Positions 6,799 through 14,664 of a stretch of 34,067 bases of DNA are shown piece after piece. A program made the translations under genes and the position numbers. Every line of letters begins with the position of its first letter. Position 1 is the first letter of the stretch. Under the pieces are notes generated by a model. That model was not told the origin of the DNA and made no database searches. It was given only the letters and a program-made list of their open reading frames with translations. The DNA is from a virus (taxonomy: Duplodnaviria; Caudoviricetes): IMG/VR virus record IMGVR_UViG_3300021959_000189, positions 1 through 34,067 of that record, one strand, 5' to 3'.

Positions 6799-7136
6799 TA
6801 GCACCAGATAACAGGCATTGTATCTCTAGTGTCTACATGGATGAACGTCTTAGCTACACCTATACCATTAAATCCCATTGACTGCGCGTGTTTGATGATC
6901 TCGTAGGCTTCGTTACCGTTGTTAATCTTAATGTCCGCAGCGATGCCCTGAGCGTGAGTACCTGGCTTGGCCTTTCGCGCCTCAATACTATGGGACGGAT
7001 CGCGATAACCCGAGGTAATAATGAATGGGAAGCCGCAAACGTGGCGTAGTGAGTCGAGTGCCCACAGGAATTTATCTGACATCTCATTGTTACCAGTCTC
7101 CTGACAATCAAAGTCTGACTCTTTAAAGTATCTCAT
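6795..7136 (-). CDS. Endolysin, peptidase M15A family
   Basis: Zn-peptidase motifs ITSGYR, H..G.AADI and FIHVDTR; next to the holin. Confidence 0.9.
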   Translation of the reverse strand: MRYFKESDFDCQETGNNEMSDKFLWALDSLRHVCGFPFIITSGYRDPSHSIEARKAKPGTHAQGIAADIKINNGNEAYEIIKHAQSMGFNGIGVAKTFIHVDTRDTMPVIWCY

Positions 7137-7531
7137 TTCTCTCGCTGTACGCCCTTAGCCTTCTCTACTGTTCTCATAGCACCTAGCCCTAACATACCCA
7201 TCAGTACAGGCATCATCTCAGACAGGGCAATCAGGGGTATAGCTACGGTAGAGTTAGCAAGTGCTAGACCAAAGTTAGTCATAGGAATTATGATAAAGTT
7301 ACCAGCCATACCAGCAACACACACCCAGCCAACAGCAGGTCTCCAGCCAGCCACAAACATGTTCTTGTGTGCAGCCTCAACCTTGTTAACTTCAAGCTGA
7401 CCCTTCGCCAACTCTTGTGCATGGCGCTCTGCCATTGTACTAATCTCATGGGCCAAGGCATTCTTTGCATCCTTATCCTCTATGAACTTATCTAGTAAAC
7501 CTGATACTGGGCCTATCAATGCTTGCAACAT
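7133..7531 (-). CDS. Holin (3TM, GTA-type)
   Basis: FVAGWRPAVGWVC, TM helices and GMLGLGAMRT.EK.KG. Confidence 0.85.
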   Translation of the reverse strand: MLQALIGPVSGLLDKFIEDKDAKNALAHEISTMAERHAQELAKGQLEVNKVEAAHKNMFVAGWRPAVGWVCVAGMAGNFIIIPMTNFGLALANSTVAIPLIALSEMMPVLMGMLGLGAMRTVEKAKGVQREK

Positions 7532-7532
7532 A

Positions 7533-7712
7533 TTATTGTATCCACTTAGCGACTGCAAAGATGGAGATGATCATAGGGTACATCATCCATAACATACGTT
7601 CTAGTTTATTAAACCTTTGTGCGCCATCATCAAGCCTACGCTCAATGTTGGAATAGCGTTCAGCACACAGAGTTTCATGCGCTTCCATCCGCGTAATAGT
7701 GTCTTCGGTCAT
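7533..7712 (-). CDS. Small coiled-coil protein with C-terminal TM helix (lysis-associated)
   Basis: AHETLCAERY..IERRL..G..RF..LE followed by a hydrophobic tail; directly upstream of the holin. Confidence 0.65.
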   Translation of the reverse strand: MTEDTITRMEAHETLCAERYSNIERRLDDGAQRFNKLERMLWMMYPMIISIFAVAKWIQ

Positions 7713-7713
7713 T

Positions 7714-8160
7714 TTAGAATCCATAATGATATATAGCAGCAAGCACTGCAATCAGCAGCACTACACCAACCGTGTGTTTAATTAAGTCTTCTCTCTTAGA
7801 TTGTGTTCTAAGAATTGCTAGTCGCTGCTTCTCTAGCTTCGCCTTGTGTTCACTGAGAGACCGATGCTGGATGGCAAGCATATCCCTCCACACCTCTCTA
7901 GGTGTAATCTTCTTTAGTTCCTTCTCCCTCTCCCTGATGGCGTTCTTAGCCCAGGCTAACTCCAATGCTTCTTCTTGTGACAGTACATGATCACCAGTCT
8001 TAGCAGCTTCCTCAATAGTCTCAACAGCAGCCTTGCTCTCAGTAAGAGAAGTAAACAGTCCAGACAAATCAGATAGGTGTGACCCTGATTCCTTAACTGT
8101 TTTGATGCCAGCGTTAAGAGTCTTTAGGACACCTACTACTGCGGTAATCTCAGCAATCAT
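7714..8160 (-). CDS. Hypothetical coiled-coil membrane protein
   Basis: Helical protein with a C-terminal TM segment; tightly packed in the operon. Confidence 0.7.
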   Translation of the reverse strand: MIAEITAVVGVLKTLNAGIKTVKESGSHLSDLSGLFTSLTESKAAVETIEEAAKTGDHVLSQEEALELAWAKNAIREREKELKKITPREVWRDMLAIQHRSLSEHKAKLEKQRLAILRTQSKREDLIKHTVGVVLLIAVLAAIYHYGF

Positions 8161-8429
8161 TCAACTTCAACCCACAAACAAGTGTCTTCATTTAGGTTCC
8201 ACTCTCCTTCGCTAGGTTGTGGAGCGTAAAAGGCATCACGACCTGCATCGTACACCATGCCTGCCCCAGCATAGTTTTTACGCAATGGAGTCTTGCCAGT
8301 AGAGTGAACACCGCCATAGGTATTATAAGAAGTCTGAACCCATGTGCCTTCTTGCGTATCTATAAAGTCTTGTTCTGCAACAATAACTTGTTCAACTACA
8401 CCGTCTACAACTTTAGCAAAGTGACTCAT
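8157..8429 (-). CDS. Fibre-associated small protein
   Basis: MSHFAKV..GVV.QVIVAEQDFID...WVQTSYN...LRKNYAG; follows the glycine-rich fibre gene. Confidence 0.7.
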   Translation of the reverse strand: MSHFAKVVDGVVEQVIVAEQDFIDTQEGTWVQTSYNTYGGVHSTGKTPLRKNYAGAGMVYDAGRDAFYAPQPSEGEWNLNEDTCLWVEVE

Positions 8430-9319
8430 GTTGTGTATGTCCCTGATGATGTAAATGTATGGTAGGTGTATCCACCAGCAGAAGTTACAGTGCCTCCTGA
8501 GCCTATTTGATCGCCAGCATATCTAATGATAACAATGCCAGAACCTCCTGCCTTTCCTTCATAATAAGTAGCGCTGCCATTTATTCCAGTGCCACCTCCA
8601 CCACCAGAGCCTTTATTTGCCGCACCAGCAGTAGCCACAACGGATGACGCTTTTCGAGCAGCCCCGTTACCACCACCTGCTTTACCAGTACCACCTGAAG
8701 CAGTTCCACTGGGCGCATAACCGCCACCACCGCCACCGCCAGCGTATTGAACGCTGTTTAGCCATGTAGAGCCGTTTCCTCCATTGCCACCTATTCCATT
8801 GCTGGTGTCAGCATAGCCATTTCCACCACCGCCACCTGCGCCACCACCGCCACCGCCACCATAAAAACCGGGATTTGAATAACCCCTATTGCCTCCGCTA
8901 TTACCTTGACCAACGGTGCCGCTTCCCGGTTGATCGCTATTTTGAGTGTTCCAACCAGCGCCCCCGCCAGACCCGCCATCGGCAGGAGAGGTGTTGCCAA
9001 TATTACTCCGACCACCACCTATAGATGTTGCGGCAAGAGTTCCCGCAATCACAGAGTTATTTCCGTTAGTTGGATTAGACCCGCCAGACCCGCCTGCGCC
9101 AACAGTAATACTGATGCTTTCTCCAGAAGACATGCCCGAAAAACTTAAAGCGCGATACCCTCCTGCTCCACCACCGCCAGCAGGGTGTTGCCCGTTAGAA
9201 CCGCCATAACCGCCCCCTCCGCCTCCAGCTACTACGAGATACTCAATATCATATGCAGAAGCGCCACCAGCACCGACAGCTTTACCTATAGAGAAGACAC
9301 TTACATTCGCGCTAATCAT
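8426..9319 (-). CDS. Glycine-rich receptor-binding/head fibre protein
   Basis: Polyglycine domain YLVVAGGGGGG...GGSGIVIIRY; follows the spike-base gene. Confidence 0.75.
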   Translation of the reverse strand: MISANVSVFSIGKAVGAGGASAYDIEYLVVAGGGGGGYGGSNGQHPAGGGGAGGYRALSFSGMSSGESISITVGAGGSGGSNPTNGNNSVIAGTLAATSIGGGRSNIGNTSPADGGSGGGAGWNTQNSDQPGSGTVGQGNSGGNRGYSNPGFYGGGGGGGAGGGGGNGYADTSNGIGGNGGNGSTWLNSVQYAGGGGGGGYAPSGTASGGTGKAGGGNGAARKASSVVATAGAANKGSGGGGGTGINGSATYYEGKAGGSGIVIIRYAGDQIGSGGTVTSAGGYTYHTFTSSGTYTT

Positions 9320-9591
9320 TACAGCACCAGTGCGTGTATACCAGATGCAGCAGTACCTGTACTCAGGACTCTCTTGATAGAGCAGATCAGGTAGAAGTTA
9401 TCAGGTACAGTTACTGTGCGAGTCACACCATCCTTGTTATGGAATGAAACAGCACCGCCTGTTGTAACGTACAGGCCGATAGCTATGTTGCCAGCACCTA
9501 AGTTATCTGAACCGTCAGCAGGAGTGACGGGAACCATGTCGTAAACGCTGCCGTTGAGTTGACCGCTTACACCTTCAAATGGATTTGCCAT
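9319..9591 (-). CDS. Head spike base protein (RcGTA Rcc01079-like)
   Basis: 90-aa pattern VTP.D..D.....GLYV..GG.V......G...T........I....V..TGT.A.GI.AL. Confidence 0.65.
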   Translation of the reverse strand: MANPFEGVSGQLNGSVYDMVPVTPADGSDNLGAGNIAIGLYVTTGGAVSFHNKDGVTRTVTVPDNFYLICSIKRVLSTGTAASGIHALVL

Positions 9592-9606
9592 TGTAGAACC
9601 TCTTAA

Positions 9607-10164
9607 TTAAGTTAATTGAGAACGCAGGTAAGCGCACTCTAATGCTAATGCTTCATCGTAACGTATGCCGTAACGATCTTTCTTGGGATACTCTTCACCG
9701 TCTGCCAAAGCGATAGACTTATCATCCCACTCGTCATAGCAAAGCAATCCATATTCAAATGCGTCCAGACCTTCTGCCTCAAACGCAGCCTTCACCTGCT
9801 GTGCGATCAGACCAAAGTGCCATCGAGCGCCATCACCCTTAGTCTCTACAGCGTCATTCCACTTGTACTGCACAAAGTTAACATTGGCCCAAGCTCTTAG
9901 GACTGCCGCATCAATAGTCCCTATCTGTTGCTTCTCGCGCTCATCAGATGTATTGATACTGCCTGTACCAGCAAATACCACAGACCAGCGGTATGTAGCA
10001 TCACCATTACTAATCACGTTGTCATGCGTAGGGCGAAACTTGTTAGTCTCAATGATGATCCCTTGTACTGCCTGCTGGTTCCACAGATTGAGCTTGCCTT
10101 CTAACTGGCTTACTGTGTTCTGTAGCCACTCGGTGTTCCACTCTTTAATAATTACTTGAGCCAT
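9607..10164 (-). CDS. Protein with intramolecular chaperone/autocleavage (peptidase S74) domain
   Basis: RWSVVFAGTGSINT-SDEREK, HFGLIAQQV and YGIRYDE; has its own AGGA RBS. Confidence 0.85.
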   Translation of the reverse strand: MAQVIIKEWNTEWLQNTVSQLEGKLNLWNQQAVQGIIIETNKFRPTHDNVISNGDATYRWSVVFAGTGSINTSDEREKQQIGTIDAAVLRAWANVNFVQYKWNDAVETKGDGARWHFGLIAQQVKAAFEAEGLDAFEYGLLCYDEWDDKSIALADGEEYPKKDRYGIRYDEALALECAYLRSQLT

Positions 10165-10172
10165 AATAATTC

Positions 10173-12236
10173 CTAGTAAACAGCGATTGCGTACTCGCAA
10201 ACTTTATATTTAACTTTGATGATGCTGCCTGGGGTAATAGTAAAGTTACCCAGCCCTGATGATGGATTGTTATACAGGTACAAACTAAACGTATCTGTGA
10301 TGTCACCGCCAGTGATGTTGTAATCAATCTGCTTCCTAAACTCCATGCGCCCACTGTTATCAAGAACAGTAGTGAAGTCACCTACTTCGTCATTCCTTGG
10401 GCCTGCCCAGATATAGTCACCTGCCGCAGCCCCGCTAGTTAAGGTAATGTCGCCACCAGCCGAACCAGTGCCACTGACAGTATAGTCCTGAGTCAGAGTT
10501 AGCAGTGCCCCATTCTTATACACCACAACACTGGAAGCACTGTTTGCTGTAAACGTGTAAGGAAATACAGTTTGGCTTGCTGTAGCTGTATAATTATTGA
10601 ATGTTTGCGTAGGCCCGTTAACTCTAAAGGTAAGACCTTCTACGCCTGTGCCTGAGCCGCCTGTAGGAAACTCTACTTCATATACAACAAGCTGTTGACC
10701 GCTTACATCACCCAAGCTGTTAATGCTGCCGTCAAGAAAGTATGGTACGTTTACAGCCAAGTTTACATTGCCGTTTGCGCCTACCACAGACGGGAACGTT
10801 AAGCACTGAACGTACTCAGTTACGCCTCGCTGGACTAATGTCTCGGTGCGACCAAGAACAATATCATCAGAAGTAATAACCCCTGATACTGCTTTAGAGT
10901 TCTGGAAGTTAGCGGCAGCAGCAGGATTAACACCAACAGCAGTAATGTTACAATCAACATTAATTAACTCGTTGTCGTAAGCAACCAAGCCTGTACGCGA
11001 ACCCTTGGTGTAACCGGAGTACATAATGTTAGTAGCAAAGTCTACGAATCGGTTGCCGTATACTTGTGCTCCATCACCCAGCGATCTTTCAATCATGCCG
11101 CCACTAACACTTACTACCTCAGAGTTGTAGATAAGCAAGCCAGTCTGTACTGTACTGGTCACAAGACCTGCACGAACAAAGTCACACCCTGTAATAGTAA
11201 GCTGAGATATACTGTGGAAGTAACACAGCGTGCTGCCTGACTCAAAGAAGTGGCAGTTAGATATGTTGATGAAGTTACTGATCTGGTCAACTCCGCCCCC
11301 CACATCGTACATAGCAGATACATAGCTACGGTAGATGGTAGCATTGCTCATCACCAAACCATCTAGGCTAGTAGTGTGGATACCGTAGTTCATCTTAATT
11401 AAAGACAGATTGGTTACGGTGAAGTCAGCAGCAGCATCTTCTGTCTTCAAGAAGTAGTTACAGTCTTTAGCGGTCATGTCTTCGATGAACGGCTTAACTG
11501 TTACTTGATCCTCAAGAGTAAAGATACACTTGTCTAAGTTCATGAAGTCTAGGCGGTCTAACACTAACTCTGCCGTATGACTCATATTAATAGCGTGTGT
11601 ATTGGCCTTGTATATAGGCGCACCGTTAAATGTAGACTGTGCAATAGCTGTGCTGGCAAAGGACATTTGCTCTATTGAGCACCCAAATGCAGTGACATCA
11701 CTGCCCTTGTTGAAGGAAAATGCTGTAACGCCATCAGAAACCCTAATAAGAGTAGAGCCTTGGAACAGTTGCGTAGTAATTGCAATGCTTTGGTTTGTTG
11801 TTGCCCCAGCATTAAGGGTTATTGTTCCACCCACATTGCCCATGCCTTGAATACTGTAGTCATTGCCATGCGTTAACAGCACATTATCTTTATACACCGC
11901 TACGTCTGCTGCGGTTGGGATGACAAACGGATATGTGAATACAGTTTGAGGAGAATTAGGTGCTTCTACTACATGCATCGTTGTGCCAGAACTTGTATAA
12001 CCGTTGAAGTTAACACGACCAGCACCCAGCACTCGTATGCCTTTAGTGATCAATACACCTGTAGAGATCAGAAACTCACCGTCTGGGATCAGTACAGTAC
12101 CACCGTTAGGCAGGCTGTTAATAGCTAACTGGATAGCTGGGCCATCATCCGTAGTGCCATTCCCTTTCGCACCAAAGTCTAGGACATTAGCACTTGCCCC
12201 AGAGATCATGCGGTTTGCTGATTTAGTTAACGCCAT
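10173..12236 (-). CDS. Tailspike, right-handed beta-helix (pectate-lyase-like) depolymerase
   Basis: NVLDFGAKGNGTTDD..AIQ.AI cap followed by beta-helix rungs. Confidence 0.85.
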   Translation of the reverse strand: MALTKSANRMISGASANVLDFGAKGNGTTDDGPAIQLAINSLPNGGTVLIPDGEFLISTGVLITKGIRVLGAGRVNFNGYTSSGTTMHVVEAPNSPQTVFTYPFVIPTAADVAVYKDNVLLTHGNDYSIQGMGNVGGTITLNAGATTNQSIAITTQLFQGSTLIRVSDGVTAFSFNKGSDVTAFGCSIEQMSFASTAIAQSTFNGAPIYKANTHAINMSHTAELVLDRLDFMNLDKCIFTLEDQVTVKPFIEDMTAKDCNYFLKTEDAAADFTVTNLSLIKMNYGIHTTSLDGLVMSNATIYRSYVSAMYDVGGGVDQISNFINISNCHFFESGSTLCYFHSISQLTITGCDFVRAGLVTSTVQTGLLIYNSEVVSVSGGMIERSLGDGAQVYGNRFVDFATNIMYSGYTKGSRTGLVAYDNELINVDCNITAVGVNPAAAANFQNSKAVSGVITSDDIVLGRTETLVQRGVTEYVQCLTFPSVVGANGNVNLAVNVPYFLDGSINSLGDVSGQQLVVYEVEFPTGGSGTGVEGLTFRVNGPTQTFNNYTATASQTVFPYTFTANSASSVVVYKNGALLTLTQDYTVSGTGSAGGDITLTSGAAAGDYIWAGPRNDEVGDFTTVLDNSGRMEFRKQIDYNITGGDITDTFSLYLYNNPSSGLGNFTITPGSIIKVKYKVCEYAIAVY

Positions 12237-12238
12237 GT

Positions 12239-12535
12239 TTATAGCTCCGGCTTGGTTTCAGGGAACGCTTCTGTGGAGGGCCATGATCTCAGGCTCTCTC
12301 TATATACTAGGTAAGCTGCACGTTGAGGGTGGTCTGCCAGAGGGACTATGTAGTCTGTGGATGACAGTTCTCCATCACGCCATCTACGGGCTTCTTCTTC
12401 TTCTGTAGGCTCTGCTGGTGCAGGATTAGGGTCTGTCCACTCTTCGTAGTGTTCAAAATTAGCTTCAACAAACTCAGCGTCAGCGTTGATGTAGTTAGTG
12501 ATGTTGCCGTCAGCATCTTTAATTATGTATTTCAT
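12239..12535 (-). CDS. Tail fibre assembly chaperone-like protein
   Basis: ARRWRD.EL..TD.....D.P......YR..LR.WP motif. Confidence 0.75.
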   Translation of the reverse strand: MKYIIKDADGNITNYINADAEFVEANFEHYEEWTDPNPAPAEPTEEEEARRWRDGELSSTDYIVPLADHPQRAAYLVYRESLRSWPSTEAFPETKPEL

Positions 12536-12545
12536 TTTATTCTCC

Positions 12546-13385
12546 TTATGCTGGTAGGTACTGAATGATTACAATGCCGTCACCGCCATTACCACCGTGA
12601 GCATTTCCCGCGCTTGACGTGTTTACACACGCCCCCCCGCCACCACCTATACCACCATCACCCCCAGTAGCCCAGTAATTTGCGCCACTCCCCACAACTA
12701 GATACATAGCGCCTCCTGCTAAAAACTCTCCTCGACCAGTCGGGCTATAATTAAAAACCCCGTAAGAACTACTAGAGTTTGTTTGAGACAAGAATGCCAT
12801 GCCGCCTCTACCACCGAAAATATAGCCATGACCTATATGGCTTTCTGGCCCAATCAAATCGCAATCACCGCCTCTGTAACCTCTTTGATTAGTTCCGTTA
12901 CCTCCAGAATTACCAGTGCCAGTTAAACCAACTGCACCACCACCATAACCGTTTCCTGTTCCACCAGTATTATTTACATTGCCGTTGGCTGCTGTGCCTC
13001 CTGCTCCTTCATTATACTGCTGGCCTCCTACTCCCCCATTAGCTGTAAGGGTGCTTGATAATCCTGTTCCTGCAACTGTACTGTTTCCACCGTTAGAGCC
13101 TGTACCGCTGTTACTAGAACCTTGACCGCCTTGCCCTCCGCTTCCAACAACAACCGTAAAAGACCCTGAAGTAGTTACAGCTAAAGATGTTTTTTTACAA
13201 TAGCCGCCAGCACCAGCGCCTTTACCGTTTAAATTATCAGAAGAGCCACCACCACCAGCACCGACAACATGAATACAAATGTTACCGTCAGCGGGTGGAA
13301 CCCAAGTCTGTGATGAAGTTAACACTATGTTTACTGGTAGAGAACCACCGCCCGATCCACCTATAAAATCACTAAAGTTACTCAC
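12546..13385 (-). CDS. Glycine-rich distal fibre/adhesin
   Basis: TSSQTWVPP...VVGAGGGG...GGDGIVIIQY; GTG start overlaps the upstream TGA. Confidence 0.75.
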   Translation of the reverse strand: MSNFSDFIGGSGGGSLPVNIVLTSSQTWVPPADGNICIHVVGAGGGGSSDNLNGKGAGAGGYCKKTSLAVTTSGSFTVVVGSGGQGGQGSSNSGTGSNGGNSTVAGTGLSSTLTANGGVGGQQYNEGAGGTAANGNVNNTGGTGNGYGGGAVGLTGTGNSGGNGTNQRGYRGGDCDLIGPESHIGHGYIFGGRGGMAFLSQTNSSSSYGVFNYSPTGRGEFLAGGAMYLVVGSGANYWATGGDGGIGGGGGACVNTSSAGNAHGGNGGDGIVIIQYLPA

Positions 13386-14611
13386 GACATCACCCACCCT
13401 TGCGTTGCGTCCGTAAATATGAATTGTATGGAGAGATACGCTGCATCCATAGTAAAGTCTGTTGCACTACTCATAATCTTTGATCCGTTTCTGGCTACCA
13501 CTGTGTCGGTAAAGTTACCCACAGTAATCAGGACTCTTTGCCCTATAGTCGGTGAAGCAGGTAGCGTGATAGTTTTAGTAGCAGCACTAACATAAACATG
13601 CGTGTTAACAGTAGCTGTGATAGATGCCGCTGTAACCACTGATGTAATACCTACCGCAACAGGCACTGAAGCTATAGCCGCTGCGCCTACTGCATCGTCG
13701 ATAATTTCTGCTGCACCAACAGAGTCATCAGCCATCTTAGCTAGTGTTACTGCATTGTCCTGTAGCATCGCTGTTGTAATGCTGTTATTAGCTACACTAA
13801 ATGTAGCGTTGACCCACTGAGAACCATTCCAAGATAATACCTGGTTGGTAGCTAGACCAGAGATAGTTACATCACTTAGGTCTTCTAAGGGGAATACATC
13901 AGTAACAGGGCGGTCAACAAACTTGCGTACCTCGATGAACGAGTTAGCGGGGGGCGCTTCACTAAAGGTTAGTGTAGTACCAGACAGGCTATAGGAGGAT
14001 ACAGCCTGCATTAAACCGTCAATAGAGATTTGCAGTGACTTAGTATCTGCTGCTGAATTAGTTAATGTATAGGCTGTAGTAGACCCGTTACCTGTAAAAG
14101 TTTCTACGTTAAGAGTCAGCAGTCCTTCACCAACATAGCTTACTGCTTCAACAGCACCCGTAGAAGTGAATCCTAGTAGCTTATTAGCCCTGTTACCAAC
14201 AGGCGGTAGCTCCATATTGGTTGTGCTAGGTTCGCTCTGAGGTTGCCTTACAGCGCGTTCTAGCCCTGTTGTACCTTGTTGTAGTGCCAGCCACAGTGCA
14301 TCAAAGTCACCGTTAACGTCTAGGGCTAGGAAATCGCCACTGTTCTGGTAGTTAGTAGTACGGGCTAAGTCCATATCTAAGTAAATAGCTATAGCGTCAC
14401 CAGCAGCAGCGCCACTAGTTAACGTCACATTACCACCGTATGTGCCTACTCCACTCAGGGTGTAGTCATTGGAGCCGCCTAACGTTAAGGCTGTACCGTT
14501 CTTTAGGACTTTTATGTCACCATCGGCTAGGGCGGTAAACGTGTACGGGAATACCGTCTGCCCACTTGTGGCAACATAATCGTTCCTAGTTGTTGCTGCT
14601 GTTACTGTCAT
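13382..14611 (-). CDS. Tail fibre with T7 gp17-like N-terminal anchor
   Basis: N-terminal GQTVFPYTF...R.T.YQ.SGDF.A..VN.DFD..W..LQQ, then an FTGNGSTT domain and 10-aa D.(A/S)VT.AK repeats. Confidence 0.85.
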   Translation of the reverse strand: MTVTAATTRNDYVATSGQTVFPYTFTALADGDIKVLKNGTALTLGGSNDYTLSGVGTYGGNVTLTSGAAAGDAIAIYLDMDLARTTNYQNSGDFLALDVNGDFDALWLALQQGTTGLERAVRQPQSEPSTTNMELPPVGNRANKLLGFTSTGAVEAVSYVGEGLLTLNVETFTGNGSTTAYTLTNSAADTKSLQISIDGLMQAVSSYSLSGTTLTFSEAPPANSFIEVRKFVDRPVTDVFPLEDLSDVTISGLATNQVLSWNGSQWVNATFSVANNSITTAMLQDNAVTLAKMADDSVGAAEIIDDAVGAAAIASVPVAVGITSVVTAASITATVNTHVYVSAATKTITLPASPTIGQRVLITVGNFTDTVVARNGSKIMSSATDFTMDAAYLSIQFIFTDATQGWVMS

Positions 14612-14635
14612 TTCTGCACCCCAATAATTGTGCTA

Positions 14636-14664
14636 ATTATACTACATACAAGGTTATAGATCAT
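14636..14664 (-). promoter_or_regulatory. Putative sigma70 promoter for the fibre genes
   Basis: ATGATC-17-TATAAT in the gap upstream of the fibre gene. Confidence 0.45.

Noticed and set aside
10145-10381. Programmed frameshift joining the tailspike and S74 gene
   Set aside because: No clear slippery heptamer, and the downstream gene has its own RBS and ATG.
8426-13385. CRISPR-like or DGR-like repeats in ccaccaccg-rich tracts
   Set aside because: Explained by polyglycine codons; there is no spacer periodicity, reverse transcriptase or adenine-specific TR/VR pair.
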